In this document: piece by piece, positions 24,970 to 39,849 of the stretch
How the letters are laid out: every line of letters starts with the position of its first letter
Numbering within the stretch: position 1 is the first letter of the stretch
Assembly: GCF_009914755.1 (NCBI RefSeq)
Contig: NC_060934.1
Reading direction: 5' to 3' (one strand)
Source: the human T2T-CHM13v2.0 reference genome, Homo sapiens
DNA: 64,000 nt
Program-made: the position numbers and the translations under genes
The notes under the pieces: generated by a model
What the model saw: only the letters and a program-made list of their open reading frames with translations
What the model was told of the DNA's origin: nothing
Databases searched by the model: none

Positions 24970-26990
24970 AGTGGTTTTTAGTATATTCACACAGGTGTGA
25001 ACTATCGCCCTTATGGAATTCAGAACAAGCTCATTATCCAAAAAGAAGCTTCATATATTCTAGTAGTCATTCCATACACCCTGCTTTGCCCTAGGTCCTG
25101 GCAACCAATAATCGATGCCTCTATGGATTTTCCTATTCTGGGCATTTCATATAAATAGAATCATACAGTATGTGGCCTCTTGTCTCTGACTTTTTTCACT
25201 CAGCATAATGTTTTCAAGGTTCGTCCATGTTGTAACATTTATCAGTACTTCATTCCTTTTCATGGTTGAATCCTCTTCCACAGCATGAATATACGGCATT
25301 TTGTTTATGTTTTCATTAGTTGATGTACTTTTGGATTTTTTTCACTATTCAGCCATTACAAACAATTCTGCTATAAACATTGTATACAAGTTTTTATACA
25401 GACGTTGCGTATGAGTTTTTATGTTGTGGGTTCTTTGGGATTTTTTTTATATGCAAGATCTTGTCATCTTCAAATAGAGGCAGTGTTACTGCTTTCTTTT
25501 CACTTCTCTTGGGGATATACTTGGGAGTGGCTTGTGGGTCCCAGTCTATGTTTAAGTTTTCAAGAAACTGCTGGGATGTTTTTGTTGAAAACTGGGCATT
25601 TTAAATAAATATGTGGCCACTCTGGAAATCATATTCTTTCTTCTCCACAGGGTTTGTTTTTGTTGCTGCTCTTTGTTTATTTCATTAATTTTCTGGACTG
25701 ACTCTTTCAAGTCTGCATCATTTTTCACATGTATTTATTGGAGTCTCTGCATGATTAGTTTATTGTGTCAGCTAATATCTGGACACAGATTTTCAGAAAT
25801 GCCTGGAATTCCTGTCTTTCAAGCCTCTGATAAGGGGCTGTGTGGGTTTTGAGGTATGCCTTCAATGTGTAGGAAGGCAGTTTATAATTCTGCCTTATCC
25901 TTCACTTCCTGTTTGTGCAGATTCCCCAGGTAATAAAGAGGTGAGAGCTTAGGGCCCTCTGAGGTATTTCCTGGTCATATGCACAGCCCTGGGCAGTCAC
26001 ACATTCTTTCTCATGTGTGTGGCTGTTTAGATTTTCAGGAATATATTAGAACTCTTCAAAGTTCCCTATGACATCTTATTCCTCAGATTTTCCTTTTAAG
26101 TTTTTTTGGCTAGCTTCTTTTTGTCTCCAAATGTTATCACAGCTTTAGGCAGCTTTAATGTTAAATAGTTACTGCTGATTGTTTTTGACAAACACATCTG
26201 GAGAATGGCTGTTCACAGTCAGTGATCACTGGTTCAGGCCAAATAAAGACAACCCCTTCGAGAGGAAGTTTCCAGGGAACTTCTAGGCAAATGATGGTAG
26301 TTCTCTGGGAATGTTTTAGGGGAGCTCCAAAGCTATTCTCCCTTCTTCAGAGCTTCTAGGATGATTGTTTTCATTATGATCACAGGGCTCTTTGTTTTCA
26401 AGGCTACTGTAGAGCTAGAGAGGAAAGTGAGTATAGAGGAACTGAAAATGATGCAAAGATCACTGTTATTACGAAGTTTTGGCCATTTTTTAAAAACAAA
26501 TGTTCTCCAGCCAGGTGCGGTGGCTCACACCTGTAATCCCAGCACTTTGGGAGGCCGAGGCAGGTGGATCACGAGGTCAGGAGATCGAGACCATCCTGGC
26601 TAACACGGTGAAACCCTGTCTCCACTAAAAATACAAAACAATTAGCCAGGCATGGTGGCAGGTGCCTGTAGTCCCAGCTACCATGGGACTACATGGGTAG
26701 CCTACCATGGGTAGGCTGAGAATTGTGTGAACCCAGGAGGCAGTGAGCTGAGATCGTGCCACCACACTCCAGCCTGGGCGACAGAGCAAGACTCCATCTC
26801 AAATGAAATAAATAAATAAATAAATAAGAAAATGTTCCCCAAATTATTTCAAGACTTTGGCTAATTTCCAGAGTTCCAGAAATGATGATTTGACATTTTT
26901 TCTCAGTGTTCTTATTGCTTTTATGGAGAAGTGGATTTTCAGAGGTTTTTACTCCACCATTCCTGCTGACATCCTTCAACTCCTTCTGAT
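24970..26990 (-). mobile_element. Old L1 (L1MB/L1MD-like) fragments
   Basis: CCTATTCTGGGCATTTCATATAAATAGAATCATACAGTATGTGG and CAGCATAATGTTTTCAAGGTTCGTCCATGTTGTA are antisense L1M 3'-end motifs; the right boundary is approximate. Confidence 0.7.
26509..26829 (+). mobile_element. AluY/Sc-like with a rearranged right arm
   Basis: Normal left arm, palindromic insert in the right arm, (AAAT)n tail, TSD AAATGTTC(T/C)CCA. Confidence 0.9.
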
Positions 26991-27602
26991 AAAGATTATA
27001 TAAGTTAATAAATATAAACTGCTTGCAACACTGCCTGGCACATAATAAATGCATAGTAAATTATACTTTGAAAATTTATCTCTGGTTCAGTCTGTTGAGC
27101 TCTTGGAGATGTCTGCTGAGCTAGGAATAAAGAAGTGATCTTTTTTCTTCTTGTTTATAGAAAACCATCTGTAATCAGCCCCACAAATTTCATAAACCTC
27201 AGTAGTAGCCCCAGACCTTTTATTTTGGTGGAGTAATTGTAACTCTGAACCTTTTTATCTTCTTCTCATGTTGCCTCCTGGGACTTCCTCACTTCGCACA
27301 TAGTCAGGATTCCAACCTGAGTGGCAGATCTGGTTCCAGAGCCTGTTCTCTTTGCCCCTTTCAATAATCTGTGCATAATTTAATGCCTTCTATTTCAGGA
27401 TCAAAGAAAAAAATGAGAAGTGTTCATAAGTTAATACAAAGTGTATTAAATTAAATTAGAAATTACAAAAAGTTAAGAGTTTTTTTTTTTTTTAATCCAA
27501 GGGTATGATTCTCTGTGGTTATTCTTAGCTCCTGTTTTACTGTAAATTGGAAATTTGGTTTTGCCTATTCAAAAAATGTAAGCCACAATTAACATTAAAA
27601 AT

Positions 27603-27720
27603 GATTAGAGACTATTATTCTAAGTGAAGTAACTCAGGAATGGAAAACCAAACATCGTATGTTCTCACTGATATGTGGGAGCTAAGCTATGAGGACACAA
27701 AGGCATAAGAATGATACAAT
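27603..27720 (+). mobile_element. L1PB-like 3' UTR fragment
   Basis: GAGACTATTATTCTAAGTGAAGTAACTCAGGAATGGAAAACCAAACATCGTATGTTCTCAC. Confidence 0.8.
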
Positions 27721-28417
27721 ACTACTGGTACCAAAACAGATACATAGACCAACGGAACAGAACAGAGGCCTCAGAAATAATGCCATACATCTGCAGCCAT
27801 CTGATCTTTGACAAACCTGACAAAAACAAGAAATGGGGAAAGGATTCCCTATTCAATAAATGGTGCTGGGAAAACTGGCTAGCCATATGTAGAAAGCTGA
27901 AACTGGATCCCTTCCTTACACCTTACACAAAAATTAATTCAAGATGTATTAAAGACTTAAATGTTAGACCTAAAACCATAAAAACCCTAGAAGAAAACCT
28001 AGGCAATATCATTCAGGACATAGGGATGGGCAAGGACTTCATGTCTAAAACACCAAAAGCAATGGCAACAAAAGCCAAAATTGACAAATGGGATCTAATT
28101 AAACTAAAGAGCTTCTGCACAGCAAAAGAAACTACCGTCAGAGTGAACAGGCAACCTATAGAATGGGAGAAAATTTTTGCAATCTACCCATCTGACAAAG
28201 GGCTAATATCCATAATCTACAAAGAACGCAAACAAATTTACAAGAAAAAAAAACCCATCAAAAAGTGGGTAAAGGATATGAACAGACACTTCTTAAAAGA
28301 AGACATCTATGCAGCCATCAGACACATGAAAAAATGCTCATCATCACTGGTCATCAGAGAAATGCAAATCAAAACCACAATGAGATACCATCTCATGCCA
28401 GTTAGAATGGCAATCCA

Positions 28418-28722
<305 letters not shown>

Positions 28723-29033
28723 TCATTAAAAAGTCAGGAAACAACAGATGCTGGAGAGGATGTGGAGAAATAGGAATGTTTTACACTGTTGGTAGGAGTG
28801 TAAATTAGTTAAACCATTGTGGAAGACAGTGTGGCGATTCCTTAAGGATCTAGAACTAGAATTACCATTTGACTGAGCAATCCCATTCCTGGGTATAGAC
28901 CCAAATGATTATAAATCATGCTACTATAAAGACACATGCACACATATGTTTATTGCGGCACTATTCACAATAGCACAGACCAACCCAAATGTCCATCAAT
29001 GATAGACTGGATTAAGAAAATGTGGCACATATA

Positions 29034-29378
<345 letters not shown>

Positions 29379-31797
29379 TCAGCTGTAAAAAAGGATGAGT
29401 TCTTGTCCTTTGCAGGGACATGGATGAAGCTAGAAACCATCATTATCAGCAAACTATCACAAGGACAGAAAACCAAACACCACATGTTCTCACTCATAGG
29501 TGGGAATTGAACAATGAGATCACTTGGATATAGGGTGGTGAACATCACACTCCGAGGCCTGTCAGGGGGTGGGGGGCTGGGGGAGGGATAGCATTAAGAG
29601 AAATGCCTAATGTAAATGATGAGTTGATGGGTGCAGCAAACCAACACGGCACATGTATACCTATATATCAAACCTGCACATTGTGCACATGTACCCTAGA
29701 ACTTAAAGTATGAAAAACAAAACAAAGCTGCAGTGTTAGACACCAATTTCCCCCAAAATGGTAGGAGAGGGGAGATTCTTCCATGTTGACTTTATCCATT
29801 CCACAATATTAGTGAACTGAACTAGTCAGAAACCTTGGGAAAAGAGGGTTTCCTCACAGGACGTCTCAGTAACACAAGTCGATGGCAGCTGAGGTCTTTG
29901 GAATGTTCTCAGCCTTCCTTGACAGTTTTTGAGTCTGTCATGATCAAGGTAAGCATTTCCCAATTGTCTTAGCAGCAACTTGAGTTCCTTTGAGATATAA
30001 GTAGGTGTTTTGAAATAAAAATACACTGTGGACAATAAGTTTTGGAAATAGGCATTGCATGTTTTCATAGGACAGAGTTGCAATGCACATTAAGACAATG
30101 AAAAGGTGCTGACGGGTCTTGCAGTAAAGAGACATGCTCAGCTTTGCCTGATGCTCCCATGAGTTTGACCCTGTTACCTGGCTAACTGTATTGGCTGTTT
30201 CCCACCTCTCAAGCCAGATGATTTGTCCCAGGAATTATCCTAGTACAGTTTGGGAACTATTGGTCTAGGGAGAAAATAGTATGAATAAAACGAATAATTT
30301 AGTCACAGGGAAGTAGATTCACGGGCCTATCCTCCTGGTTGTGATTCATAATGAAGTCCAGATTTATAGGTGATGCAGTACTGAAGACATCTTGAAATTC
30401 TTCCACTCTACGAGGAAACTTTCTGGGGAGAGAGAAATGTTCGATATTTTGATTTAATTTTTTTTAGAGAGACTCATCACCAAGCCTGGCTAATGTTCCG
30501 TATTTTCACCTGGGTGTTGGTGACACTCCATGCTTACATTTGCTAAAATGTATCAAATTGGACACTCAACAGCTATGCATTTCATTGTATATACATTTGT
30601 TTTTGTCAAATAAAATCTTCCCTGTATCTCTGTGAAATGATTGATACATGCAAAAACTGAGACTTGGCATATTGAAATGACTTTTTTAGGGTCATATAAT
30701 AGCTTTGTGTTGGATCCAGAATAAAAGTGGGGTCTTCGGACTCCTATTTCATGACTCAGTCTCCCAAATTATATTGCTTAATTTGTTTTCCTTGAAATCA
30801 GAGATAGTTCTGTACAAGTATCTACTAAATAAACTCTCTCTCATTCTAATTGAAGTGATTACATTGCTGGCTGAGGAATAAGGATACTGGCAATTTGGAA
30901 AGGAATTCAGTATACTTATGAATGGACGGTATGCCAAAGATCGATGTTAATGAACCCAAGGAACCATTAGCAAATCAATTTATTAGGCCTTTATATACAT
31001 ATCATACGTCAATTTTTAGTATCTATTTGTTTAAAAATAATTTCTTATTTATTACTACATTTGTTTAACAATCATCTGTCTACATTTTCATGTTTACCTT
31101 TTAATCTTGCCTACTGCTATAGAGGATCATTCAAAACATTTATTACTTTGCTCTTGTTATCAAGCTAATAGATTATCCTTAAGATAACAAGTGGTTGTGA
31201 TTTAGAATAAAAACATACCTAGGAAGCCAGGGTCCATCATGTGGACAGAGTAAGGAAAATTTTGAAGAAATTAGCAAGTAACAATATAGCTAATTTCCTT
31301 TTAAAAAAATGCTTGGAGCATATGTCTTAATCATTATTTTTGCAGATGTGTAAATATTATGAATCCATAATGTGTTATTTAGTACTCTCCAGTATGCTTT
31401 TGTTATTACAAATTTTTTGAGAAGGAAGATCAAGTTAAATTCAATTCAAATATTTCAGACAATTCAAAATATATTTGGATGATAATTGTATATCATCTGG
31501 ATACCTGATCAACCTAATACAAACTCATGAAAAACATTATAGCCTTGATATACTTATATATACTTTGGTAAAAATAAAAGAAAACGTTTTGGTGTAATTT
31601 AAAGGAACATTTAAATATGAAGTTATTTTATTCCTGCTTAGCCAAGTAAATAGAGAAAAATCATTAGTGATATTTTGAGATTTTGGCTTTAAAGATAAAA
31701 GACAGACTAAGAAAGTCAGTAGTAACAATTCCTGGCATTTGTGCTTACACGCACACACACTCCACACAATTATCTGTTCATTAAAAAAAAAAAAAAA

Positions 31798-32109
<312 letters not shown>

Positions 32110-33312
32110 TTATTCATGTCCAGAGTTGGTCTGTGCAAACATAGGACCTGTTCCAGGCTGGGCTGATGAGTCTCTTCCTTGAGATACTAGGTCTGAAACT
32201 GAGAGTCTGTTTGGTATCTGTTTAGTGCCTGAAGCAGTGAGATGGAAAGCACAAGAGATGCTGTTAGCCCTGTTTCCTGCCATGCGGTTCTGCAGAACAA
32301 GAGAAAAAACCAAGTGAGATGTGCAGATAAGAGTAGAGGGGAGAGACAGGAGACAGAGCACAGTATGCAGCTTATTCAGGCTCCTGGTTTTAGTTTTTTA
32401 TAAGGTTCAATTGCATTCTCATTCTCAGGTTTCGAAAGACCTTTTCACATTCTCATAATAAATTATTTTTCCTTAAGCCAGTGTGAGGATCTATTTTCAT
32501 AGAATGATTTTTTGAAATAAAAATTTTAAAAATCTATTCGGATATATTTTAGTATATCTAGAATACGTGCTCCAATTGGAAGACTTGAAGACCTGCCTAG
32601 AAACAAATGAAATGTCAGCTCATTCTTTAGGTGATGAATTTGCAATGCAAATATGAAGTTACCCTATATTTGATAAGCCCAATAAGCAGCCAAATTCATT
32701 AGAGGCACTTGTGAGAGCTGGTTCTGAAAAAAAGAAGACAGAAAACAGACAAAGGCAGTTAAGACAGTTCTCATATGGTTGAGGGATTTTCTTCCATGTG
32801 GCATTTTCAAAGAAGAGCCAACAAAGTAGATACCTGACATTTGGGATGAATAATTTACAAGAGATGCGTCTAGAAATCATTGAGATAGTCCATTACCAAA
32901 CCACCACTGCAGACATACTCTTCTCAGCTTCTTCATCAGTGCAATGGGGTTGACAATATCTACTCATTGAATTTACTGCCTGGCCGCAGTGAGGTTGTGT
33001 CACGATTGGGATGCAATGCAGCCTAGTTGAAGACGGTCACTAAAGACCCCAGGGACTGACTCCTGTCTCCAAATCAAGCCTCCACAAAAGGACACATAAA
33101 ATATCCTTCACGTATGACTCACAAATAGCTGAAGCATGAATGTTAACTCCATCATGTCAAATCTGTCCTGTGGTTATAAAATTTAGAAAGGCTCTAAATG
33201 CTTCTAGATGTATGGTAATGACATATTTGATGCTGCATAATTCCTGTTATCTAAGTGGACAACTTTCCATGTGCAGGGCCTTACGTACAAAAGTCAGATG
33301 AGCCCAGCACAT

Positions 33313-33493
33313 TATTTTTTATATATATATATATATATTTTATATATAAATTATATATATGATATATACAATATAATATTTATATATGTTATATATGATA
33401 TATAATATATGTTATATATGATATATAATATATAAATATATATTATATATATTTATATATTTTATATATATTTTATATATATATATATTTTTT
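33313..33493. repeat. Degenerate (TA)n tract
   Basis: About 180 nt that are nearly pure A/T. Confidence 0.95.
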
Positions 33494-34274
33494 TCCTGAG
33501 GGCCAGACGTTGGTACATTGGACAGAGGCACTATTCATTACGGACACCAGACCATCACTCAGGGAACTGCAGTACAGTTTACTAAATGGGACTGTTGTGG
33601 TCGTGTGGATGACTGGGAGACTCTATCTTATTATGGGCTTTCTACTTATATATTTCCTTTGCTATTTTTATTCATCAACATGTAACTGGACATCCCCTCT
33701 TCCACTGCATTTCAGGAGTCTGAGATGGAAAAGTCATCGGTGTTCACTCATATCACAGCTCTAAGTCACTGTGTGTATTGACAGTGCATTCCAAATGAAT
33801 CCCATAAATGTATTTAGATATGTACATTGCCTTGAAAATTATGTAGTGCTATTTTGTATATACTTTGTGTAATGACCTGATGCTTATTTGCTATAAAAAA
33901 ATCTATCAGTTTTTTTCTTCTAAGATGTCGAAAATTAAGAGTGTCACAAAAGTTTTTTTTATTTTGCTATAACTATTCTACAGTTATAGCAAAACTAGAC
34001 TTGTATTATTTTGATGCCTTAATCCAGCCACAGCTGTGCAATATCCAATTTCCAGTAGCGGGGAAGAGTCAGACTCAATGTCAGAGGATCATAGCTCCCC
34101 CTCCTGGCCCTGTGCAATTTGTAAATCCTGCTTTTTTCGATTCTTTGGTTACCTATGTCAGACTTAACCCCTTGTAGTTATAAAGGGAAAGCTATCTGAG
34201 GATTCTCAATCTTGATTCTTTGGGCCATTTATTATGAACTTGTCAGAGCCAATAAACTTCCTGTGAAACGAAGT

Positions 34275-34465
34275 TGTCCAGATCAGCACTTTAGAACTTT
34301 CCGTGATGATAGAAATGTTTTATATCATGTTACCCACCGTAGTAGCCATGGGCACCTTTGGCTAATGTAACTGAGCAACTGAATTTTTAGTTTTACTTAA
34401 TTTTAATGAGTTGAAAATTAAGAAGCCCGTGTGTATAGTGAATACCGTATTACATAGTATAGTAT
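34275..34465. mobile_element. MER3-like hAT MITE
   Basis: TAGAACTTTCCGTGATGATAGAAATGTTTTATATC...GGCTAATGTAACTGAGCAACTGAATTTTTAG. Confidence 0.75.
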
Positions 34466-35899
34466 AGACACTAGTGGATTCTCTCTGTAAACGTCTCGTT
34501 CTGCTGGGGTGTTGCCACTCCAATCACTTACCAAGTTTCCCTAATCGAGAAGAGGAAAGGACAGTTGCACCACACTGTGCCCAAAGTATCCTTTATTCTT
34601 CCTTCTGGCATACTTCCCAGCACTTGCTTCTTCAGGGAGCAAGGCATGGCTATGAGGAACATGCGGCTTATAGTTATTTTCTGTGTTATGATATAGTTTG
34701 CTTCAGCATCCTTAAGTAACAAAGCCAGCTCTGCACATTTCAGATATAGTAATCTTCAGAAAGGTGCTGGTATTGGCTTGGGTGACACATTATTCACAAT
34801 AAGCCAGAGAAAAGAAAAAATTGGACATGTAAAGGTGGGCATCTGGACTTTACTACAGTCTTATCTATTTGTGTAGAAGAAATAAGAGATATTTAAGGGT
34901 AATCCTAGTGGTAGTGCCAAGGGGGATGACTGGTAATGGGCGAACCTTGAGCATCTTAATCAACAGCATCCACAGCCACCCCCTGAAACCACCCTGGAGA
35001 AATGCACCATCTAAGAAAAAACAGTGGCCAAATCTACCCACAGGCCCCTTTAAATAAAAATTCTAGATCGTCCCAAAGTAAATCTGATCCACATAAGAAG
35101 TGAATTTGTAAAGCAGTTAAAATTGAGGAGTCTTCATTTGTTTTAGAAAATGATCCACCAAAGGTTTTCTTTACATAGAAAGTCCTTCTAAAGCATTTAA
35201 TGGTGCAATAAATAGCATGAATTTTTGGAGACATTATGTGAAAAGCAAAGATTCCCCTGTATTTTATAAACCAGAGACTAATGCTCTGAAATAGCCCCGA
35301 AGCCCATTACAGCTCAGCATTCCTTCAGGTTTCCTCAGGGAGCTGCCTATAACTTGGTAATGGTATTACTTAAGATTGAAAATTGTTTTGAGGCGGGTTT
35401 TATAGAAGACATGAGACAAAGAAGGTTTATTGTGTTGTGTTGTATTGATTTAATCTGTTTCTATCACACACTGAAATTGTTGCTTTTAAGGAAATAGATA
35501 CATTTTACTGAGAGTTTCAAGGGAGCTGGGATATATTTTGCTAACAGATCAAATTTTCAAATTCAGCCTTTTCAGTCATTCAGACAGAGAAGAAATGGAA
35601 TCATTTACAAGACAAATAAAAGGGAGAGATAAATGAGGCAGAAGTCAATGTATACAGCCCTTGCGATTGTCATTACCGGTCTCTGACACAAGAGGGAAGC
35701 AGAAATTAACTCAAGATGTCTCCCTATTTGTAATTCAAGTCATCCGCAAATAGTCCATTATATGGTAAAGTGGACAAGCACTTAAAGAAAATAGTTAAAT
35801 GTTCTCATTATGGAACAGTTTATTGTTATTTTAATATTGGAAAGAACTCCCAATACCTATTTTGCTGCCAGAGGGAGTTTATGGAAAACAATGCACATA

Positions 35900-36130
35900 G
35901 GATTTAAGAGATTAGATTGAAAGTCAAACAAATTTGGAGTCAAGTTGGGCTCAGGTTCATACTGACTGGGTAACCTTGGACAAACCACTTAGCCTCTCTG
36001 AGCCTCTGGAACGGGATGATAATATTTGCCTATATCCCATAATTATTGCAAGAATTACATGAAATAACGTGTAGGAGGCACATATTTCCAACATAGGTGA
36101 AATGCCCCATAAATGGTAGCTGCTATGATT
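35900..36130 (+). mobile_element. MIR
   Basis: GGGTAACCTTGGACAAACCACTTAGCCTCTCTGAGCCTC. Confidence 0.7.
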
Positions 36131-36184
36131 CCTTTTTGAAATTTCGTGAGATAAATTGTTTGCCACTCTTGTTTTGTGAGAATT

Positions 36185-36365
36185 TTTTTCCAGCCCTATT
36201 GAGGTATACTCAACAAATACAAATGGCATCGATTGAGGGTTTATAATAGGATGTTTTGATATATGTGTACGTTATAAAATAATTACCACAATCAAGCTAA
36301 TTAACATATACATCAGGTCACATAGTTACAATATTCTCTGTGTGGTGAGAACACAATAAAATCTG
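36185..36365 (-). mobile_element. L1MA-like 3' end fragment
   Basis: TTACCACAATCAAGCTAATTAACATACATCA...CACATAGTTAC...GTGGTGAGAACA. Confidence 0.7.
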
Positions 36366-38814
36366 TGAATGAGAAAAATAGAAAGTCTCAGCAAATGAAT
36401 AGAAATACAAAGGAGAACCAAATGGAGATATTAGAATTGAAAAAGAATGAAGTGAGTTCAGCAAAGTTGCAGGATACAAGCACGATATACAAAATCAATG
36501 GTACTTCTATGCCATTAATAATGAACAAATAATCGAAGTGAAGAGAATTCCTGGCTTCATATCTAGCTTTCATGTGATAAACAGGGTCATGGTACTATTT
36601 GGAATGAAAGAGATTTATGAGGGCGATGATGCCTTTGTTCTCATATATTTAAAAAGTGGTTATGGTGATAGGGTTAAGGGCATTTATTAATTATTCTCTT
36701 TCTGAAAAAGCAAAGCTGTGTCACTTGTCAATGTCAAGGGACAGTGATAATATACTGCAAGTAGATGGGAAGGAAGTCTGGATACAGAGGAAATGAAGTA
36801 TAATGAAGTTTTGGGGCACCGTCTTCTGGGTTGATAGTGTTCTCTCGCCCTTCTCTGGCACTTATCTTAGAGGCAGTGGAAGCTGCATCCTGCTGGGATG
36901 CCTCAGCTACATGTGCCTGTACTTTGTGGGTGCTCTGGCTGGGGATAAACAGATCACTTTGCTTTTTAGGTAAACAGAACAGGAAGGAGGGACACTGAGG
37001 CCAGACAGGACAGTTACTGGGAAATGGACCTAGCTCTTTGTTTAAAAAGCTCTTTAAGGCATGGTGGATAAAATATGTCCTTAGCTCTGGCCTGTTTTGT
37101 GCAAGTGTTTGTATCAGACAAGCCTTGCCTGAAAAGTGGAAGATTCCCAGGGCAGTGACATCACAGTAGTATTATAACCAGTGGGTAAGGCAAGAGGTTG
37201 GAATGTTTGAACCAAGAGGGCTGGCACTTAGAGCACTGCTTAGACCCTGAGCATGCATTGGATTGCTTGTTAGGGAAACTGAGGCAGAAACTCAATCCTA
37301 TGTACTGGATTAAGATAGTGGGGCAGGAGGTACATTAAGTGGGCACTCTGAGCTTCCCCTGAATCCCTAGTTACTAAATCTGTTAGCAGCAAGAATGAGG
37401 ATTCTGTTCTGCTTCTTGCCCCTTTTGGGGTTGGCCCAGAAATCTGCAGGCAGAACCAACAGCAACTGGTTGGAGAAAGCAGAGGCAAGGTTATATGAAA
37501 GACACTTACTGCCATGAAGATTAGTTGGCCTAATTAGCTTTTCTGCCAGATACTCGAAGAAGCTCTTAATTTTTACTTGTGAAAGTACAGCAAATTTAGT
37601 TCCTCTCATGAATGGACAGAAAATAAGTCTTCACAATCTCAGTCTAAAATGGGAAGGGGTTTCTAGGCCTAAAATTTAACTGGGAGGGTAGACAATTTAA
37701 CTTTGCTTGGCCAACGCTTTTTATTCAACAGTAAGCTCAAGTTGCAAGTTTCGGAAAGTGTGACGGGGCCTAACATGGAACCCAAAGGGCCACCAGAGTA
37801 CTTGTGTCAAAGAAGTTAAAGACATTGTCGATCACAGTACAGATGGATGCTTGCAGTTCTTTTACAGAGCACTGAGGAATGAGAGTTTTAAGTAAAGCAG
37901 GTGCAACCCATTCCCTGTTGAGGTACTTACCTACGATCTCTCTTCATTTAACGAAAATCCAGTTTGTTATAGAAAATTCTGAGTGATATCAGATGAATTA
38001 TAAACCATGGTTTCCCCCTTTAGGACGGAATCTATTGAGTTAATGATTTTCTGCCAATGTTATTATCTGTTCTCTGAAAATGATATGTGTGATATGTGTG
38101 ATATCATATCCCTGAAGACACTCGAGATGGCTGAAGGAGGAACAGCTTTCAGAACTTAGATCTTCAGAGCCCTTGGCCACTCTCAGGGGACTAAACCAAG
38201 ATTTTGGCACCTCATTTTGCGTGTGTATAAAATACGTAAGTGACCTCTCTCCACTATTTTAAGGAAAGGCTAACCCATGCATATTGGAAATACAGAGGAA
38301 ATGCACAATAGGGAGTCAGAGAAGATGAATTCAAATACGATCAGGTCAGCTTTGCACAAACACATGAGACATTCAATTCCCAGGGTCAAAAAAGCGGATG
38401 TCAGATCGCTGCCAAGTCTGCTGGGAATCTCAAATCCCTCTGTGACCTGTTCCTGGACTTCCTTCCAGGCATGGTGCTGAAATGAGACGGATACTCCCTT
38501 ACATTTTCTCTGGATTTGGGGGCATCTTGCACCAGATTCAGAGTTCTTTTGGCTTCAGCCCCTAAAAACCTGACTGTGTCCTCTCTTCTTTATGCTTTTT
38601 TCTTCTATTTTTCCCATTTTTCATGCACGCTCACAAACTGGTAACTGAGACTGATTCTGCCAATCCTGGAAGCATCCTCTCTGTAACTATTTTCTGGACC
38701 ATGTCTCCCCTCCCTCTCCTCACCTTGCACTGGATTTTGAACCCCTTGAGCTCACATCCCTGCAGATACATAACACGCTTGAAAATGTCTATTGAATGCG
38801 TGAAAAAATGAGTG

Positions 38815-39119
38815 TTTTTTTTTTTTTTTTTTTTTTGAGACCGAGTATCACTCTGCCGTCTGGAGTGCAGTGATATGATTTCGGCTCACTGCAACTTCTG
38901 CCTCCCAGATATCAAGCTATTCTCGTGCCTCAGTCCCTGGAGTAGCTGGGATTGGATTATAGGCATGCGCCACAATGCCCAGCTAATTTTTGTATTTTTA
39001 GTAGAGAAGGGGTTTTGCCATGTTGGCCAGGCTGGTCTCAAACTCCTGGCCTCAAGTAATCCACCCACCTTGGCCTCCCAAAGTGCTAGGATTACAGGCA
39101 TGAGCCACCACCCCTGGCC
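38815..39119 (-). mobile_element. Alu (J/Sx-like)
   Basis: Antisense dimer; TSD GAGTGTTTTT. Confidence 0.9.
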
Positions 39120-39524
39120 TGCGAGTGTTTTTCTAGGGCTAGAAGCCAGGAGGGAATGCTGGACACGATCATGTCATCACTTTGGGAGCCTATGCCAGCT
39201 TTCTACTGAAACTTCCAGAAGATTATTTTTTCTTTTTAAAATCATTTGTGTCATCTTAAACATCTCTGTACGTGCCTATTCCTGCTTTGTGTTTTCTTCT
39301 AATTCCCAGTTCACTGGAAGAGTAAAGACAGTTGACATTGTCGGAGTCTGGGAAACAGTCCATCCCTCCCTGGCTTTGGTTACCACCAACTACCTCGGTT
39401 CTCCTCCTTCAATATTCAGTTACCATTACCCCTGGGGCAGTGTTTCTTATACAATATCAAAACACTTCAAATATATAGAGACATTAGCAGTCAAAATTTC
39501 CATCAAAGGGAGAAAATAAAACCA

Positions 39525-39559
<35 letters not shown>

Positions 39560-39849
39560 GAGTCAAACTCAACATTGTCACCCAGTCTAGAAAATATGCT
39601 TTCCCTGCAGTTCTTGCTAATTGCATTTTACTGCTGCTGCCTTCTGTTCTAAAGAAGAGAAGAGAACTATTCTGGAAACTATAATTGGATGGTATCATCA
39701 GTTATTATTTCCGAGGGAGGTCAAAGGTAGTCATTAGTTTTAGCAACTAGTGGTTCAATGAAAACTACCTGCAACAATGCAATGGGAAGCCATCTCTTTT
39801 AGTGAACAGAATTATTTCATACTCAATATTTGTTCTCTCTCTAAATATG

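Noticed and set aside
39527-39556. T30 tract as a solo poly(A) retro-insertion
   Set aside because: No flanking target-site duplication is visible.
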